Assembly: GCA_038882655.1 (NCBI GenBank)
Contig: JAVZNT010000001.1
Span: 32,001-96,000 of the forward strand
Source: Candidatus Bathyarchaeia archaeon
Lineage (GTDB): Archaea; Thermoproteota; Bathyarchaeia; Bathyarchaeales; Bathycorpusculaceae
Direction: 5' to 3'
Length of the DNA stretch: 64,000 bases
Below, one piece after another: positions 38,305 through 50,000 of this stretch. The notes under the pieces are model-generated. The model saw only the letters and a program-made list of their open reading frames with translations, had not been told where the DNA came from and searched no databases. The translations under genes were made by a program, and so were the position numbers. Numbering within the stretch: the stretch's first letter is position 1; each line of letters begins with the position of its first letter.

Positions 38305-39393
38305 TCAGCTTAGAAAATCAATTAATAAATAAAACAAGTCGTACAAAAATGAAGAAAGAACAAAAACCACCATTAAAACCACAAATAAAACTTTTCTACT
38401 TCTCGATAGACTAGAAACATCATCTAAGGGGCCTGGATGCTTAAACATAGACAAAAACAAGACAAAAAGCGCCATCGGCCAACTTACAAGAGCAAGAAAC
38501 CCTATGGAAAGCACCGTCAGAATGCTTCTAACTCGTTCGTTGAAAAGCGATCTTGCAACATGTCCACCATCAAGCATGGCTGCTGGCAACAAATTAAGCA
38601 TCGTCACAAAGAAGCCAATCCACCCGGCTAAGGCAACGGGGTGCAGCGTTACCACTAACATGTAGCCGGGTTCGTGCCCGTTTGTAGGGGGTGATGGAAG
38701 CAGAAGGCGGACGAACAGTCTAAAGAAAAGTGGAGCTGGAAGGGTTGGGGTGTTTATTGGAACCCAGTTGTAAGCTGAAAATGGCAAGCCAACCACTGTG
38801 GCAACAACGGCGACAAGGAAGCCAAATATTGGGCCGCTTGCACCTATGTCGAAGAGGGAATCCTTGTTTGGCGGGAGAGACTTCTGCATTATTACTGCTC
38901 CAAAAGTTCCGAATGGAGGTGGGCCTGGAATAAAATATGGCGGTGTCGCCTCTATACCTTTCTTATTGGCTGTCAACTTGTGGCCCATCTCATGCATTCC
39001 AAGAACAGCCATAATGGCCACTGTAAAGGTTGCTCCACCAATTAATGGGTCTGTGAAGCCCTCTGATAAGAGATAGCCAGCGGCAAATGTTGTCCCAACA
39101 GTTGCAAAAAGCAACAGCCAGTTAAGTAGGATATTGCTTGGTTTAGAAGGCTGCCTAGGGAAAATTCTGAGGACGATTCTCCCATCAGCCCTTCGCAGAT
39201 AAGCCACTAAATTCATCAGCTCAAGCTTTTTAAGCAGTTTTAAAAAGGCTTGTTTTGTTTCTTGGGGTTGTTTAAGGTAGAAGGTGGGAATGTTATGCTC
39301 GATTAGAGCCTCCTCTATTTGGAAGTGCTCGTAAACTATTCCTTTCAGTTTTTCAAATTCCAGCTGGTTTGGTTGTTCTTTTGTTTCGTTCAT
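38305..39393 (-). CDS. Site-2 protease (M50)
   Basis: HEMGH, ASGP, NLLPAAMLDGGH. Confidence 0.95.
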   Translation of the reverse strand: MNETKEQPNQLEFEKLKGIVYEHFQIEEALIEHNIPTFYLKQPQETKQAFLKLLKKLELMNLVAYLRRADGRIVLRIFPRQPSKPSNILLNWLLLFATVGTTFAAGYLLSEGFTDPLIGGATFTVAIMAVLGMHEMGHKLTANKKGIEATPPYFIPGPPPFGTFGAVIMQKSLPPNKDSLFDIGASGPIFGFLVAVVATVVGLPFSAYNWVPINTPTLPAPLFFRLFVRLLLPSPPTNGHEPGYMLVVTLHPVALAGWIGFFVTMLNLLPAAMLDGGHVARSLFNERVRSILTVLSIGFLALVSWPMALFVLFLSMFKHPGPLDDVSSLSRSRKVLFVVLMVVFVLSSFLYDLFYLLIDFLS

Positions 39394-39576
39394 GTCTTGC
39401 CCTTGTAATTTTTAAGTCACCTACTTAGAGTGGTTGTGTATTAGAAAAGCTTATTGGATTTTTATCTGGTTTTTATTCAGATTCCGAACTGCTAAAAACT
39501 TTTTAATAATCGCCAAAGGCAAACGTCAACAGAAGCCCCTGACAGAAGATGTTATCCTCTAAAAGGAGACAAGAAA

Positions 39577-40350
39577 GTGGAAAAGAACGAAGCGAGTGAA
39601 GATGATGATTCTTCGGTCACTATCCTTCTACCAACATACTGTGAAGCTGAAAACATTGAAAACCTAATACATACCATCGAAAAATTAGGAATAAACTCAA
39701 GGATAATAGTAATAGATGATTCCAGCCCTGACGGAACAGGAGAAATCATCAAAAAACTGCAGAAAATTTATGGGAATATAACATTGCTGACGCGTCCTTT
39801 TAAGGCTGGACTTGGAACAGCATTAACTTACGGCTTCCATTTTATTTTATCTCAGAAGGCTCCCTCAAAATATTTGATCACAATGGATGCTGACTACTCC
39901 CACGATCCGAGAGAGATACTAACGCTGCTGCATCAAGCAAGGAAGGGCTGCGACATCGTTATTGGGAGCAGATACTGTAACGGCGGAGTTGTTAAAGGGT
40001 GGCCGCTAACAAGGCTGACGATCAGCAAGATAGCCAATAAGATAACTGCAAAACTTGTAGCTTTGCCAATAACCGACTTTACGAGTGGTTTTAGGTGTTA
40101 TTCTAGGGATTATGTTCAAAAAATTCTTCCAAATCTTCACAGTCAAACATATGAGATTCAAATTGAAACCCTCCGGCAGGCAAGCCTTAACAGGGCTAGA
40201 GTGGTTGAGGCTCCGATAACATTTACTAATAGGAAGAAGGGCAAATCAAAACTCACTAAAAATGAGATATTAAGCTTCATATTGTATATTGTGAAAACAG
40301 CTTTTCGTAGTCTTAAAACCGTAAGTTTTGGTAAACACACGCCCAAATGA
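39577..40350 (+). CDS. Dolichol-phosphate mannose synthase-like GT2
   Basis: LPTYCEAENI, DDSSPDGT, GLGTA, MDADYSHDP, DFTSGFR. Confidence 0.92.
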   Translation: MEKNEASEDDDSSVTILLPTYCEAENIENLIHTIEKLGINSRIIVIDDSSPDGTGEIIKKLQKIYGNITLLTRPFKAGLGTALTYGFHFILSQKAPSKYLITMDADYSHDPREILTLLHQARKGCDIVIGSRYCNGGVVKGWPLTRLTISKIANKITAKLVALPITDFTSGFRCYSRDYVQKILPNLHSQTYEIQIETLRQASLNRARVVEAPITFTNRKKGKSKLTKNEILSFILYIVKTAFRSLKTVSFGKHTPK

Positions 40351-40400
40351 TTTTGAAATTTTCAGCTTGAATCTGTTCCTTCCAACAAGAATTTCGCATT

Positions 40401-41360
40401 TTACTCCTTCCTAATTTTCGTCATGATTTTGGGTAACGCTTGGCTTTCTTGTACGTATACGCGCTTTTTAGTTGTTGTTGCTATTTTCCAAACTTTATGA
40501 AGAGATTTTCCCTTTTTGAAGTCGATTCTCGCCATGGCATTTACAATGGCTTCTAAGAAACAGGCTGCAAGTAAGTAATGTAAGGTTTTCCAATTTTTTT
40601 TAAACCATCTTGAAATTATTGCAATTTTGTCGCTTAAGGGACTGGTTTCCAATATCATTGGAGCGACTTTCGTTTCCTTTTCTACTCTCAAATGCCCGTA
40701 GACAACCCTTCTTCTTTGGTTTATATAGTCAGCTATGGTTTCAGGTCCTCGGAAAAGAGCTATTGCTTTTTCTTCAAATACAATCTTATAGTTTTTCTTT
40801 TGGCATATTACTCCCATGTACGCATCATCATTTACAATGTCTTCAGGAATTTTGTCGCATATGCCCCTTTTAATTGCAAACAGAACGCCGCCCAAATGTT
40901 GCGCTTTACCTTTCTGGTGGTAATAACGTTGAGTTTCATTATGTAAACTCCAGATTACTGTGTTTACTCGTCCCATAAAGTTATCAATTTTAATGGGTAT
41001 TTGGCAGCCAGAAACGGCTCCAACTTTAGGGTCATGGAAATGTTTCAATAATCTGTCAATTGCGCCTGGTTCTGGAAGATGGTCAGCGTCTAGGTGGACA
41101 AATATTTTTCCTCGATAAAGACTAAGAATTCGATTCAACGCAGGCGCCTTTCCTCTCCTCTCTTCTTCCAGAATTAGCCTAATTCGCTTATCTTTTCTTG
41201 CGAATTTTTCAACAATGCTGGGAGTGTTGTCTGTACATCCTGAACAGATAACGATGATTTCTGAGTTAGGGGGTAGAAATTGTTTAGTCAAAAGGTTTTC
41301 AAGTAAGGCTCCAATATTTTCCTCTTCGTTGTATGCGCATATGCCGACACTAACATCCAA
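40401..41360 (-). CDS. GT2 glycosyltransferase, processive-like
   Basis: CAYNEE, GKAPALN, LDAD, NDD, QRRRV (QxxRW-like). Confidence 0.9.
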   Translation of the reverse strand: MDVSVGICAYNEEENIGALLENLLTKQFLPPNSEIIVICSGCTDNTPSIVEKFARKDKRIRLILEEERRGKAPALNRILSLYRGKIFVHLDADHLPEPGAIDRLLKHFHDPKVGAVSGCQIPIKIDNFMGRVNTVIWSLHNETQRYYHQKGKAQHLGGVLFAIKRGICDKIPEDIVNDDAYMGVICQKKNYKIVFEEKAIALFRGPETIADYINQRRRVVYGHLRVEKETKVAPMILETSPLSDKIAIISRWFKKNWKTLHYLLAACFLEAIVNAMARIDFKKGKSLHKVWKIATTTKKRVYVQESQALPKIMTKIRKE

Positions 41361-41452
41361 AAAGGATACCCGCTTTCAACACTCCGCGCTTCAATTGGAA
41401 AATTTATAAGTATTATGTTGAAAATGGAACACTGACGCTTCTGTCAGGTTTT

Positions 41453-42994
41453 CTAAAAGTGAAAAGCAACGTATTCGTTTTCAGTTTTCACCTTCGATTT
41501 AACTTTTTTCCACAAACATAAAATGAGTAGCGGAACCAAGCAAATGCTGATTGTTGGCATGAGATACGTGTCTATTTCGTTAACAACTGTTAAGATTACT
41601 TCTTCATCTTGCAAAGGCGCAGACTCAACTGTTGATAAATCAAGAAAGCTTGTTTTGGATACGACTTCTCTGCCGTTGAGAAATATTTTTGCGGAATTAT
41701 TTGTAAAGTTGAAGCGGATTCTCTCATCTGCTTTATTGTGAAGTGCAAAAATGTTCCATTCGTATTGTTCGAGCCTTGAAATTTTTGTTAGGAACAATTG
41801 GAAATGTCTTTTCTCTTTGCAAGGCTTCAAGATTGATGTTACATAAAGCCTCGAAACATTAACGCCTTCAAGGCGTATTCTAGAATCCTCCCCCACTTTT
41901 ACTGTTGGCTTTGCCTCCTCAATCAGTTCACCATTAACTTTTAATGGGTAATCAGTTATTTTCGCTAAAAGGAAGTTGGCGGTTACTGTGTTGTCTGCTT
42001 CTGCTCCTACACCGTATTCAACTCTGTTTAAAAATTGTGGATGACTTGAGAAGCTTGTGTAAAAAATATTTGGTAGGGTGAACTGGAAGAACGTCCATTC
42101 AACAGCGCTTCCAAGAAGGTACATTCTCATTTTGTTATCGGCACTGTGGAACATGGAATTTATTGGCTTGTCGTGAAATTTCCAGACGAGGGAAAACTCC
42201 TCACCGTTGTTGGATGAAAAGTCCAGTTTTATGTAGGTCCAAGCAGTGTTGTCAGATGACGGCTCCAATTTCAGCATTAGCATAAGTGTTGTGCTCTCAT
42301 TTACTTTTAGAGGCTTCTCCAACAGGATTTTATTTGCAGACCATCCGTTTAAACCATCGGTGCCGTTTCCGAAAAATTTCATCTCGATTATCTTCTGTCC
42401 AATCGAAGAGTTTCTCAGAGAAAAGTAACTTAAGCCGCCATTTTTTACGCCAAACATGGAGATTTCGCCTATTCCATAAAACGAGAAGGGAGCAGTAAAC
42501 ATCGATTTAGAAAGGTCTAATGTTATTTTGGCTCCTTGTTCCGTATCATTAATTACGAAATATGTAACTAGTCCATCATCGGTGATGCTGTAAGGCGCAT
42601 AATATTTTGAGACTTCTAGTTGTGGACTTGAAGACGGGAGCGAGGCAACTTGGGCGAACTGCAAGACCGCTGCGGCAGAGGAAACTGCCCACACAAACAG
42701 TAGCATAATGCTTAAAACGTCCCTTTTTGAAGGGCGCTTTATCTCAAACGAAATTTGGAACACATCTTTTGCTAGTCGGCAGATTAACCAAACAATTGTA
42801 AGGGCTATAAGTGCATCCCACGCTATACGAGAAGATGCAGATAAATAGTCAAATCCCAACATTTCAAAGAAGGATAGCAGCGCAATGTTTGCTAACAGTT
42901 CCGCAAAGATTTCAACAACTTTTACTAACAGTATCCAAACAATAACTACGTACTGCGTCCTCCTGTCCTTTAGAAGGTTAAACACTCTTCCCAT
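41453..42994 (-). CDS. Membrane protein with large extracellular beta domain
   Basis: Three N-terminal TM helices, long soluble region, C-terminal TM with basic tail. Confidence 0.7.
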   Translation of the reverse strand: MGRVFNLLKDRRTQYVVIVWILLVKVVEIFAELLANIALLSFFEMLGFDYLSASSRIAWDALIALTIVWLICRLAKDVFQISFEIKRPSKRDVLSIMLLFVWAVSSAAAVLQFAQVASLPSSSPQLEVSKYYAPYSITDDGLVTYFVINDTEQGAKITLDLSKSMFTAPFSFYGIGEISMFGVKNGGLSYFSLRNSSIGQKIIEMKFFGNGTDGLNGWSANKILLEKPLKVNESTTLMLMLKLEPSSDNTAWTYIKLDFSSNNGEEFSLVWKFHDKPINSMFHSADNKMRMYLLGSAVEWTFFQFTLPNIFYTSFSSHPQFLNRVEYGVGAEADNTVTANFLLAKITDYPLKVNGELIEEAKPTVKVGEDSRIRLEGVNVSRLYVTSILKPCKEKRHFQLFLTKISRLEQYEWNIFALHNKADERIRFNFTNNSAKIFLNGREVVSKTSFLDLSTVESAPLQDEEVILTVVNEIDTYLMPTISICLVPLLILCLWKKVKSKVKTENEYVAFHF

Positions 42995-44319
42995 GGTTAT
43001 TCACCATTTCAGAGAGGATTGTCACCAAAAACAGGTCGAATACCACCGCTATGATGAAGCGTGCCAAATATCTAACGCTTGAGTAGGGTTTTGTAAATGC
43101 CCAGTAGTTGCAGATGTACCATAAATCTGGCTTTACTAAATAGGCGAATGCAAACGGATGCAAATTGATAAAGGCGAAGGCCAAGGCTAAAACCCAGACA
43201 GGCCACCAACCCAAAATTTTCTTCGGCTGCGAGGTTCCCGCTTGAACAACTATTGGAGGGGCTAAGTAGATGACGAATTGTTCTGGAATAAAGGTTCTCG
43301 TCAATAAGAAACCTATAGTTACAAAAATGTATCCCTTCAAAAGTAAGCCTAAATTGTGAGGTTCAGAAGAATCTTTTTGGAGCCTATGGTATAAGAGATA
43401 GCCAACTGTAAGCCCTAAAACCCAAAAATACCGCACCAACGGGAAGGAGAAAACATATTTTAGCGATTCGCTCGAAAAAGTCTTGGGAAACAAATCGCTT
43501 AGCAGCGCACTTAAATTCCAATAGGTTAACACTTCACCAGTTTTTTGGGTCTGGCTAAGGATTGTGATGGCTGCTCTTGAAGTTTCCCAGCCAAAATAAA
43601 TTATCGGAATCATTGTCAAAACGAAAGGGGCAGTCAAGGAGATTAATAGGTAGGTTAATGCTTCTTTGGTGCCTTTCTTATTGTTTAGGTAAAGAAGATG
43701 AATTGGCAAATAGATTATAGGGATAAATTTTATGTAAATGCCCATTCCAAGGCAGAAACCGCTCCAATATATCTTGTCTAGCAGTAATAGTAGCATTGAC
43801 GCCAACGTAAAAGTTAACGATATCGAGTCAAACATTCCCCAGACAGAACTTATGAATATGACAAATGGGCAAAGGAAAAATTTTAGTGCGCTAATTCTGG
43901 CCTTTCGAATATCACCTGTAAAAATCAGAGTCAGCGAATAAATTAGGTTGGTTGAGGCTAAATCTCCAAGAATGGGCGCCAACTTTAGCATAAAATAGTA
44001 AAGGAATGGGGAGAGCGGGAAAAAGTTGTAGATTTTGTATGCGAATGCTGTATATAGTCCCCACGCTGGAAGGTATCCCAGACCTGTTACAGAAGGAAAA
44101 TATTGGTTGACCCAAGCCTTCAGTGTAATAACTTTCCGAGGAGAATGTACCAAAAAGGTTTGAGCCATTAGCCACATGATATCCTACGCGGATAAAAACC
44201 TCAAAATCCCATGGATGTCCAGTCCAAAAACTAAATGCAATCCTAGCTAAGAGTCCTACGAGAATAAGGTTTCTGAACATGCTTGGAGTTTCAACTATTT
44301 TTCGCGGCGTTTTCTTCAC
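42978..44319 (-). pseudogene. GT-C (GT87/PIG-M-like) glycosyltransferase split by frameshift at about 44097-44100
   Basis: N-terminal TM and GHPWD motif in one frame, GYLPAW...SSVWGMFDSI in another; paralog of 44291..45685. Confidence 0.8.
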
Positions 44320-45685
44320 CTTTCGGTAAAACGGAAATTATTCCAACTAAATATATGGCAGCAGCTGCAAATCCAAAAAGCATCAGTGCAGGAAAATATT
44401 CTGGGTATCCTGGAACGAAGTATGGAGAAATGAAGTAGGAAAGGTCTCCGTAATGGGCGAAAATGAACAGCATCGTGGTGAGACTTATTGTCCAGTAAAT
44501 AAACTCCATTTTTGGGCTGTTTTTCACAGCTGCGAGAACCAAAAGGAAGGGTAAAATCCATATTAAATATTGTTCGTTAACAACGGTGTACGTGAGATAA
44601 ATTGCGAAATGAGCCACAGTGATGTAAGAGAAAATTTCAACCATGTCTAGGTTTTTCTTTCGGCTTATTTTAAAGAGTAAGAAAGCGATGGCGACACAAA
44701 TTAGTATCGGCGAGAGTGGGATGTTTGCTTCCACTCTCCATGCTTTGAATGTTTTTTCCAGTGCGTTGAGAGGTGTTAGCCCGAAAAAGATGTTGGAGCC
44801 ATACCAGTTTGGAGATGCTCTCCCCTTAAAAAGCTGCCAGGTAAGCGTGACGGCAGTTTTTAATGGTTCTTGACCGAAAATTAGGGCGAAACAAAAGTTC
44901 GTTAAAAACGTGATTAATAATGTTAAACTTACTGTAACAAGAAGATATTTTGCTGCTTCAGTCTTCTCTCCACTTTTATTATAATGCATGAAGGCGAGTA
45001 TCGGCGCAAACACGATAGGGTACATTTTAAATAGTGCAGCCAAAGCGAGTGATACCGCTGATTTGCCAAGTTTTCCTTCTAAAAAGAGCCAGACAGCCAA
45101 TAGTGTGAAGAGTGTTGGCAATGTGTCAAACATTCCCCAAACAGCTGAAATGAATATAACAAAAGGATTCAAAATCCACATGTAAGCATGCTTTCGGGCT
45201 TTTTCTTTTCCGGAAAGTTTTCCAATTATCTTAAGCAGTAGTAGAGCTATGGCTAAATCTGATAGGATTAGAGGTGTTTTAATTAGCAAGTCTAGTAGTG
45301 GTAAGTTTTCGGGCTTGAAGGAGTGATAGGCTTCACATGGATTTTTGAATGTGTACATGTCGCGCCAAAGTTCGCTGACGTTTGCTGGGAAAGTTGGATG
45401 GGCGACAGAGGCGTAGATGGGGTAGACGGTGAGTAGGCAGAATAGCCATAAGGGTGGGTAGCTCCAGAGGAACGGAGTGGCGTTTTTATCTATCCAGATT
45501 GGCGGGTTCAGCGGGTTGATGTGGTATTGGTAAGCTAATGCCTGATTTAGTCTCCATACATACATGTCATATCTTTGTTCTGTGAGAGGGGCTAGAGAAA
45601 AGCGAATTAAAACTGCGAGGGTTAATATGATGGCTGTTCTTGATTTGAGGAATCTTTTAGCCAAACTTTTCAAGTTCAAAGTCAT
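44291..45685 (-). CDS. GT-C (GT87/PIG-M-like) membrane glycosyltransferase
   Basis: RYDMYVW, YPPLW, KTPLILSD, LNPFVIFISAVWGMFD, K.YP, EQYLIW. Confidence 0.82.
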   Translation of the reverse strand: MTLNLKSLAKRFLKSRTAIILTLAVLIRFSLAPLTEQRYDMYVWRLNQALAYQYHINPLNPPIWIDKNATPFLWSYPPLWLFCLLTVYPIYASVAHPTFPANVSELWRDMYTFKNPCEAYHSFKPENLPLLDLLIKTPLILSDLAIALLLLKIIGKLSGKEKARKHAYMWILNPFVIFISAVWGMFDTLPTLFTLLAVWLFLEGKLGKSAVSLALAALFKMYPIVFAPILAFMHYNKSGEKTEAAKYLLVTVSLTLLITFLTNFCFALIFGQEPLKTAVTLTWQLFKGRASPNWYGSNIFFGLTPLNALEKTFKAWRVEANIPLSPILICVAIAFLLFKISRKKNLDMVEIFSYITVAHFAIYLTYTVVNEQYLIWILPFLLVLAAVKNSPKMEFIYWTISLTTMLFIFAHYGDLSYFISPYFVPGYPEYFPALMLFGFAAAAIYLVGIISVLPKGEENAAKNS

Positions 45686-45751
45686 ACACTTGTTCGATTT
45701 TTGAGATTCAATTTTTATTTGCCAAGAGCCACCCCTTTATATGATTAATGT

Positions 45752-46921
45752 ATGAAATTGAATATTGCCTACCTACTGCTCCACGACCAAAAATTCAGCG
45801 GTTGGCATCTAAACGACTTTGTTTTTCAACGCTACCATTTTGCTAAAGATTATGCCGAAAAAGTTGGCAAAAGAGGTCACAATGTTGTTCTTTTCACCTT
45901 TCACCAAGACTTGAGAGAGGTTAAAGAGTTTCATCTGAACAATTATGGGCTTAAGGTTGTCCCGGTTAAATTTAAGTTTCCACCAATGGTTTCAATAGGT
46001 AATTCTCACAACCTCGAAATAATAAAAGAACTTGTAGAGGGTGACTTTGAAATAGTTCATTTTCACAACTATTACCTTTGGTCCTTTGCCCCCATGCTTT
46101 TTGCTAAACACCGCCATTGTGGATGGAAGCTCGTAGCCCAATATCACGGGGAGCCTGAACTTCAGACAGTAGGAAAGTTCGTTCATAGACCATTTTTTGG
46201 TGTTGTTGACAAGTTTCTCGTGGCATTAGACGAGGAGATTTACTGGCTGAAAAGGTTGCACATTGACAGCGGCAAGCTTTTAAAGTTTCCAAACGTTGGA
46301 GTTGATACTTCCCAGTTCCGCAGAGTTGGCGAGAAAGAGGATGTTCCGCACTTCATTTATGCTGGGAGGATGACTCTTAGGCCCAGAACTTTGAAGGAGC
46401 AGAACCCTTGGCTTATCTTAGAGGTTGCTCAACAGCTTAAGAAAAAGTACGGAGGCAACTTTAAAGTTCTCATGGTTGGAGATGGACCAGGACTTACTGC
46501 ACTGAAACAGCTGTCTAAAAATTTGGGTCTCGAAGAGAATGTTGAATTTCTCGGCTTTGTTCCCCATCATTTGCTGCCAGACCTCTATTCAAAGTGCATC
46601 TTAGCATTCGCTCCAACATCCATGTTGGATTTAAGCCCCTTCTGGGGTGGCGCCTTAAAAGAAGCTTTGGCATGTGAAACGGCTGTGGCAAGCTTTAACG
46701 CTTACATCAAGAGTTGTTGGGAGGCTAGAAGGCGTTTCGGCTTGCTCCTGCCGACGAACACTGACAAGGCTGCAGAATTTTTATGCTCATCTCTGAGAAA
46801 TTGGGATTTCTTGGTTGAAGCTGGCGTGTTTGGTAGAAAGTTTGTAGAGAAATATTGTTCTTGGGAAAGAGTTGTTGAGAGGCTCCTTGAAATCTATAAG
46901 GATTTGTTGTTGGGGCATTAA
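45752..46921 (+). CDS. GT4 glycosyltransferase
   Basis: NVGVD, YAGR, VGDGP, FLGFVPH, WGGALKEALAC. Confidence 0.88.
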   Translation: MKLNIAYLLLHDQKFSGWHLNDFVFQRYHFAKDYAEKVGKRGHNVVLFTFHQDLREVKEFHLNNYGLKVVPVKFKFPPMVSIGNSHNLEIIKELVEGDFEIVHFHNYYLWSFAPMLFAKHRHCGWKLVAQYHGEPELQTVGKFVHRPFFGVVDKFLVALDEEIYWLKRLHIDSGKLLKFPNVGVDTSQFRRVGEKEDVPHFIYAGRMTLRPRTLKEQNPWLILEVAQQLKKKYGGNFKVLMVGDGPGLTALKQLSKNLGLEENVEFLGFVPHHLLPDLYSKCILAFAPTSMLDLSPFWGGALKEALACETAVASFNAYIKSCWEARRRFGLLLPTNTDKAAEFLCSSLRNWDFLVEAGVFGRKFVEKYCSWERVVERLLEIYKDLLLGH

Positions 46922-47010
46922 AGTGGGACCTTAAGATTTTAAAATTTAGTTGGCTGGTTTTTAGGAGGTTTTTCAGAAAAAACCAGGGTAAAGAAAAGGG
47001 GAGATGTGTT

Positions 47011-50000
47011 TTATGGGTCTGGGTGGATTCCGCCTTTAACAAACTCCACTGTTATTTCACTTATTGTCCCTAGAACTTCTGGTATTGTGAATGTTGGATG
47101 TTCCGGATCTGTGTAGTCTATCTCTATTATTATTGATGTTGCGCACAACGGGAAGCGCTGCAGTTCATAAATTATTTCGTTATGTAGAAACTGTGAGGCG
47201 TAGAAGGTGTCTCTAGCGCTAATTCCCCAGACTAGGAAGCCAACTGTTCCGTTTATGTCTCTGTATGTGGCGATGACCGCATAGCCAACGCCTGCGCTGC
47301 CGCTGTACGTATCTTTGCTCCAGCATGACAGTGCTATTATTTTGCTAACCCATGGTGCGTATGGGGTGAAGGGCGCCTCTGTTGTGTTTAGGCCGTAGAA
47401 GGCATCTGTGAAATCGTTATAGTATTCGGATATGTGGTTTGCTAGTGGGCCGCCAACTCCAATTATGTTGGAGCTAGCTATTGGCCATGTGTGGCACCAG
47501 TCGTCTCTTAGGGCTATTCTGTAGATGGTGTCCTTATAGTTGGGCGGCCATCCTGTTCCTGTTCCGCTAAACTTGTGTAGGAGATATGGTATGCTTATTG
47601 AGGCGTATTCCTGGAACATCATGTCGAAACCTGCATTTCCAATTTCGATTTGTTTATTCTTGAAGGCTGCTGAAACTAGGGAGGCACCTATCGAGTCTGC
47701 TGAGTGGGCGTCTCTTCCAACAGTTATCCATTCGTAGCGACCTGGGATGTATTCGCGGTATATTAGTCCGTCGCCACGATAAGGTTCGATTTCGATGGTT
47801 ATGTATGTTGTATAGTTTCCAGTTACGGTGTTGTAGACTGTTGTGAAGTTGTAGGCTATAATAACGTCTAAGTATTCTACGTGGAGGTCTTCGTGGTCCG
47901 GTCCTACTATGCGCCAGTTTACGTCAAGGTCATAGGGGTCAATTTCAGTCGTGTTTCCATTAACCGTCACATTCGCTGACGGTAGTGCCAAATTCCAGAC
48001 TGCAAGCCATGTTATGTCTTCTTTGAAGACTTTGAAGTCGTAGGCGAACGGGTTAAATTCGCCTGTTAAGCTGAAAGTGTAGTTGCCTGTAGTGTCAATG
48101 TTAGTTATGTTCAATTTACCCATTGCCGAAACCGTGTGGGCGGCACCTAACCGATCAGTAAACCCTACACTTGCACTCCAGCTTATATAGACCAAATTGT
48201 TAGCTGGCTTGTCTTCACTTTGGACTGCTAAAGATATTGGATTTGCTGTTACATTGTAGGCGAATTCTGTTTCTGTTGAATAAAGTATTTTGATCATTGT
48301 TCCTGGCAGCGGAACCTTTGATGCTGGGATCCATATGCGGCCAACCCCCGTAGTAGCGTTGACGTAGAGTTCGTAGTCGTAGGGTGTGACAACTGCTCTC
48401 AATGGTATTTTTAGTTTTCCTCCCCATAGGACCCTTTCACTGAAGGCATGATAATCTTCCCATACTGGCTCGAAGAGAACAGGCGTGTGGTCAAGATAAA
48501 TGTATAACGGAATGCCAAACTCCACCGCTAGGTAATAGTCTAATTCTGTGACATTGTAGAATTGTACCCATCTTTTAGTGTCCTTTTCAACTGCATCGCG
48601 GAGGTCCCACGGGTTGAAAACCTCCTCAAGCTGGTATCTAACTTCGATGTCAAGTGCTGCCCTTGGACCGCCAGTCATTTGTGGGTCTTTTGCATCATGA
48701 TAATCTGTTAAGCCAACCACTTCGACTCCTCTGAACTGGACTGGGTATTCTTTTCCTAACGTGAAGTCCCATTCACCAACAACGAAGGGTATGTCCGGCT
48801 CGCTGGCTGCCGGCACCATGTCTTCGTCATCAACCCATATTAAGGGTTGAAGTGATTTGTCCCATGCATCAACGCTGTAGTCAGAAAGAGTCGGCCAGAA
48901 AGCTTTCCAGCCCACATATTTTAGGTCGCTACTAATTATCTGGGCAACATCATAATAGTGAGGAACACCTGTTAAACGTTCCTCTAGCTCATATTTCCAT
49001 AGTTTGTATACAACTGTGATCCAGTCGTTTCCGTCTATAGGTATAAGCCAAGTAATATCACCCGTGGTATAGTTGATGTTGTAGTGGGTTCCCTCTTCCT
49101 TAAAGGTGCCATTCACATAAACCCGAACAGAACCCCTAACTATTGGACCGCCATAACCATCCTTAGTCACTGGAACTTGCCGTAAGTTATAGCCTTCTTG
49201 TATCCATTCTCGCATTATGCCGGGTGCAAGGTGCCATTCAGGACCGTAGCACGTTGTAAGTTGCTGGTGGAAGAAGTGGGCGTAGCTTCCATAGCTTGGC
49301 GGCGGACCAAGGTCCCACTCCTCCCGATTGCTGAATTGTATGTCAAGTGGAGAGTCAAGCTCCTTGCCAGAAATCACCTGCTTAATATCCTTGAAGATTA
49401 TAACATGCTTCTTAACCTTCTCAAAAATGAAGGTCAATACAACATCAACAATTGGCCATGTTTCATCCGGGTGATCAACAACTCCGTCTTGGTCGCTGTC
49501 AAACCAATCGTAGAGATGGGTTACTGAAAGGGCTACATAACGCCTAGGCCCATTATACAGCACTGTTAATGGCTCTGTGTAGGCGTAGCCCGTTGTCTTC
49601 CTACCACCATGAGGCGCCAAGTTAAACGGATATGGGTGACCAACCAGCCAGTCTCCCCCGTAAGCGGCCATATCGGCGAACATTGCCATTGCAAGAACAT
49701 GCCTGTCTCTATAAGTTCTATGGGTGTATCTTATGTCAATGAGCCAACCGTTCAGCCAGAGCTTAGGGTCAATGTACTCGTTGGCGAAGGGGTCCCTAGA
49801 CGTCCCAGCTTTCTGGTCGTACGTTCCAACACTGTCATAGCCTGGATATTGTAGACCAACACCCACGCCTGTTGTAACCGGGTAGTTTATCATTTCGCCG
49901 AACTTTGAAAGCCCAAAGTCTATGCTTTTTGTTGTGAATGGATAAAGCGAATAGTAGTCGCTTGTCAAGACGCCATTTACTTTTGTGTACCAGTTTGTTG

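Noticed and set aside
39515-39560. GGCAAAC resembling a c-di-GMP riboswitch start
   Set aside because: Required stems and the downstream GACGCAAA element are absent
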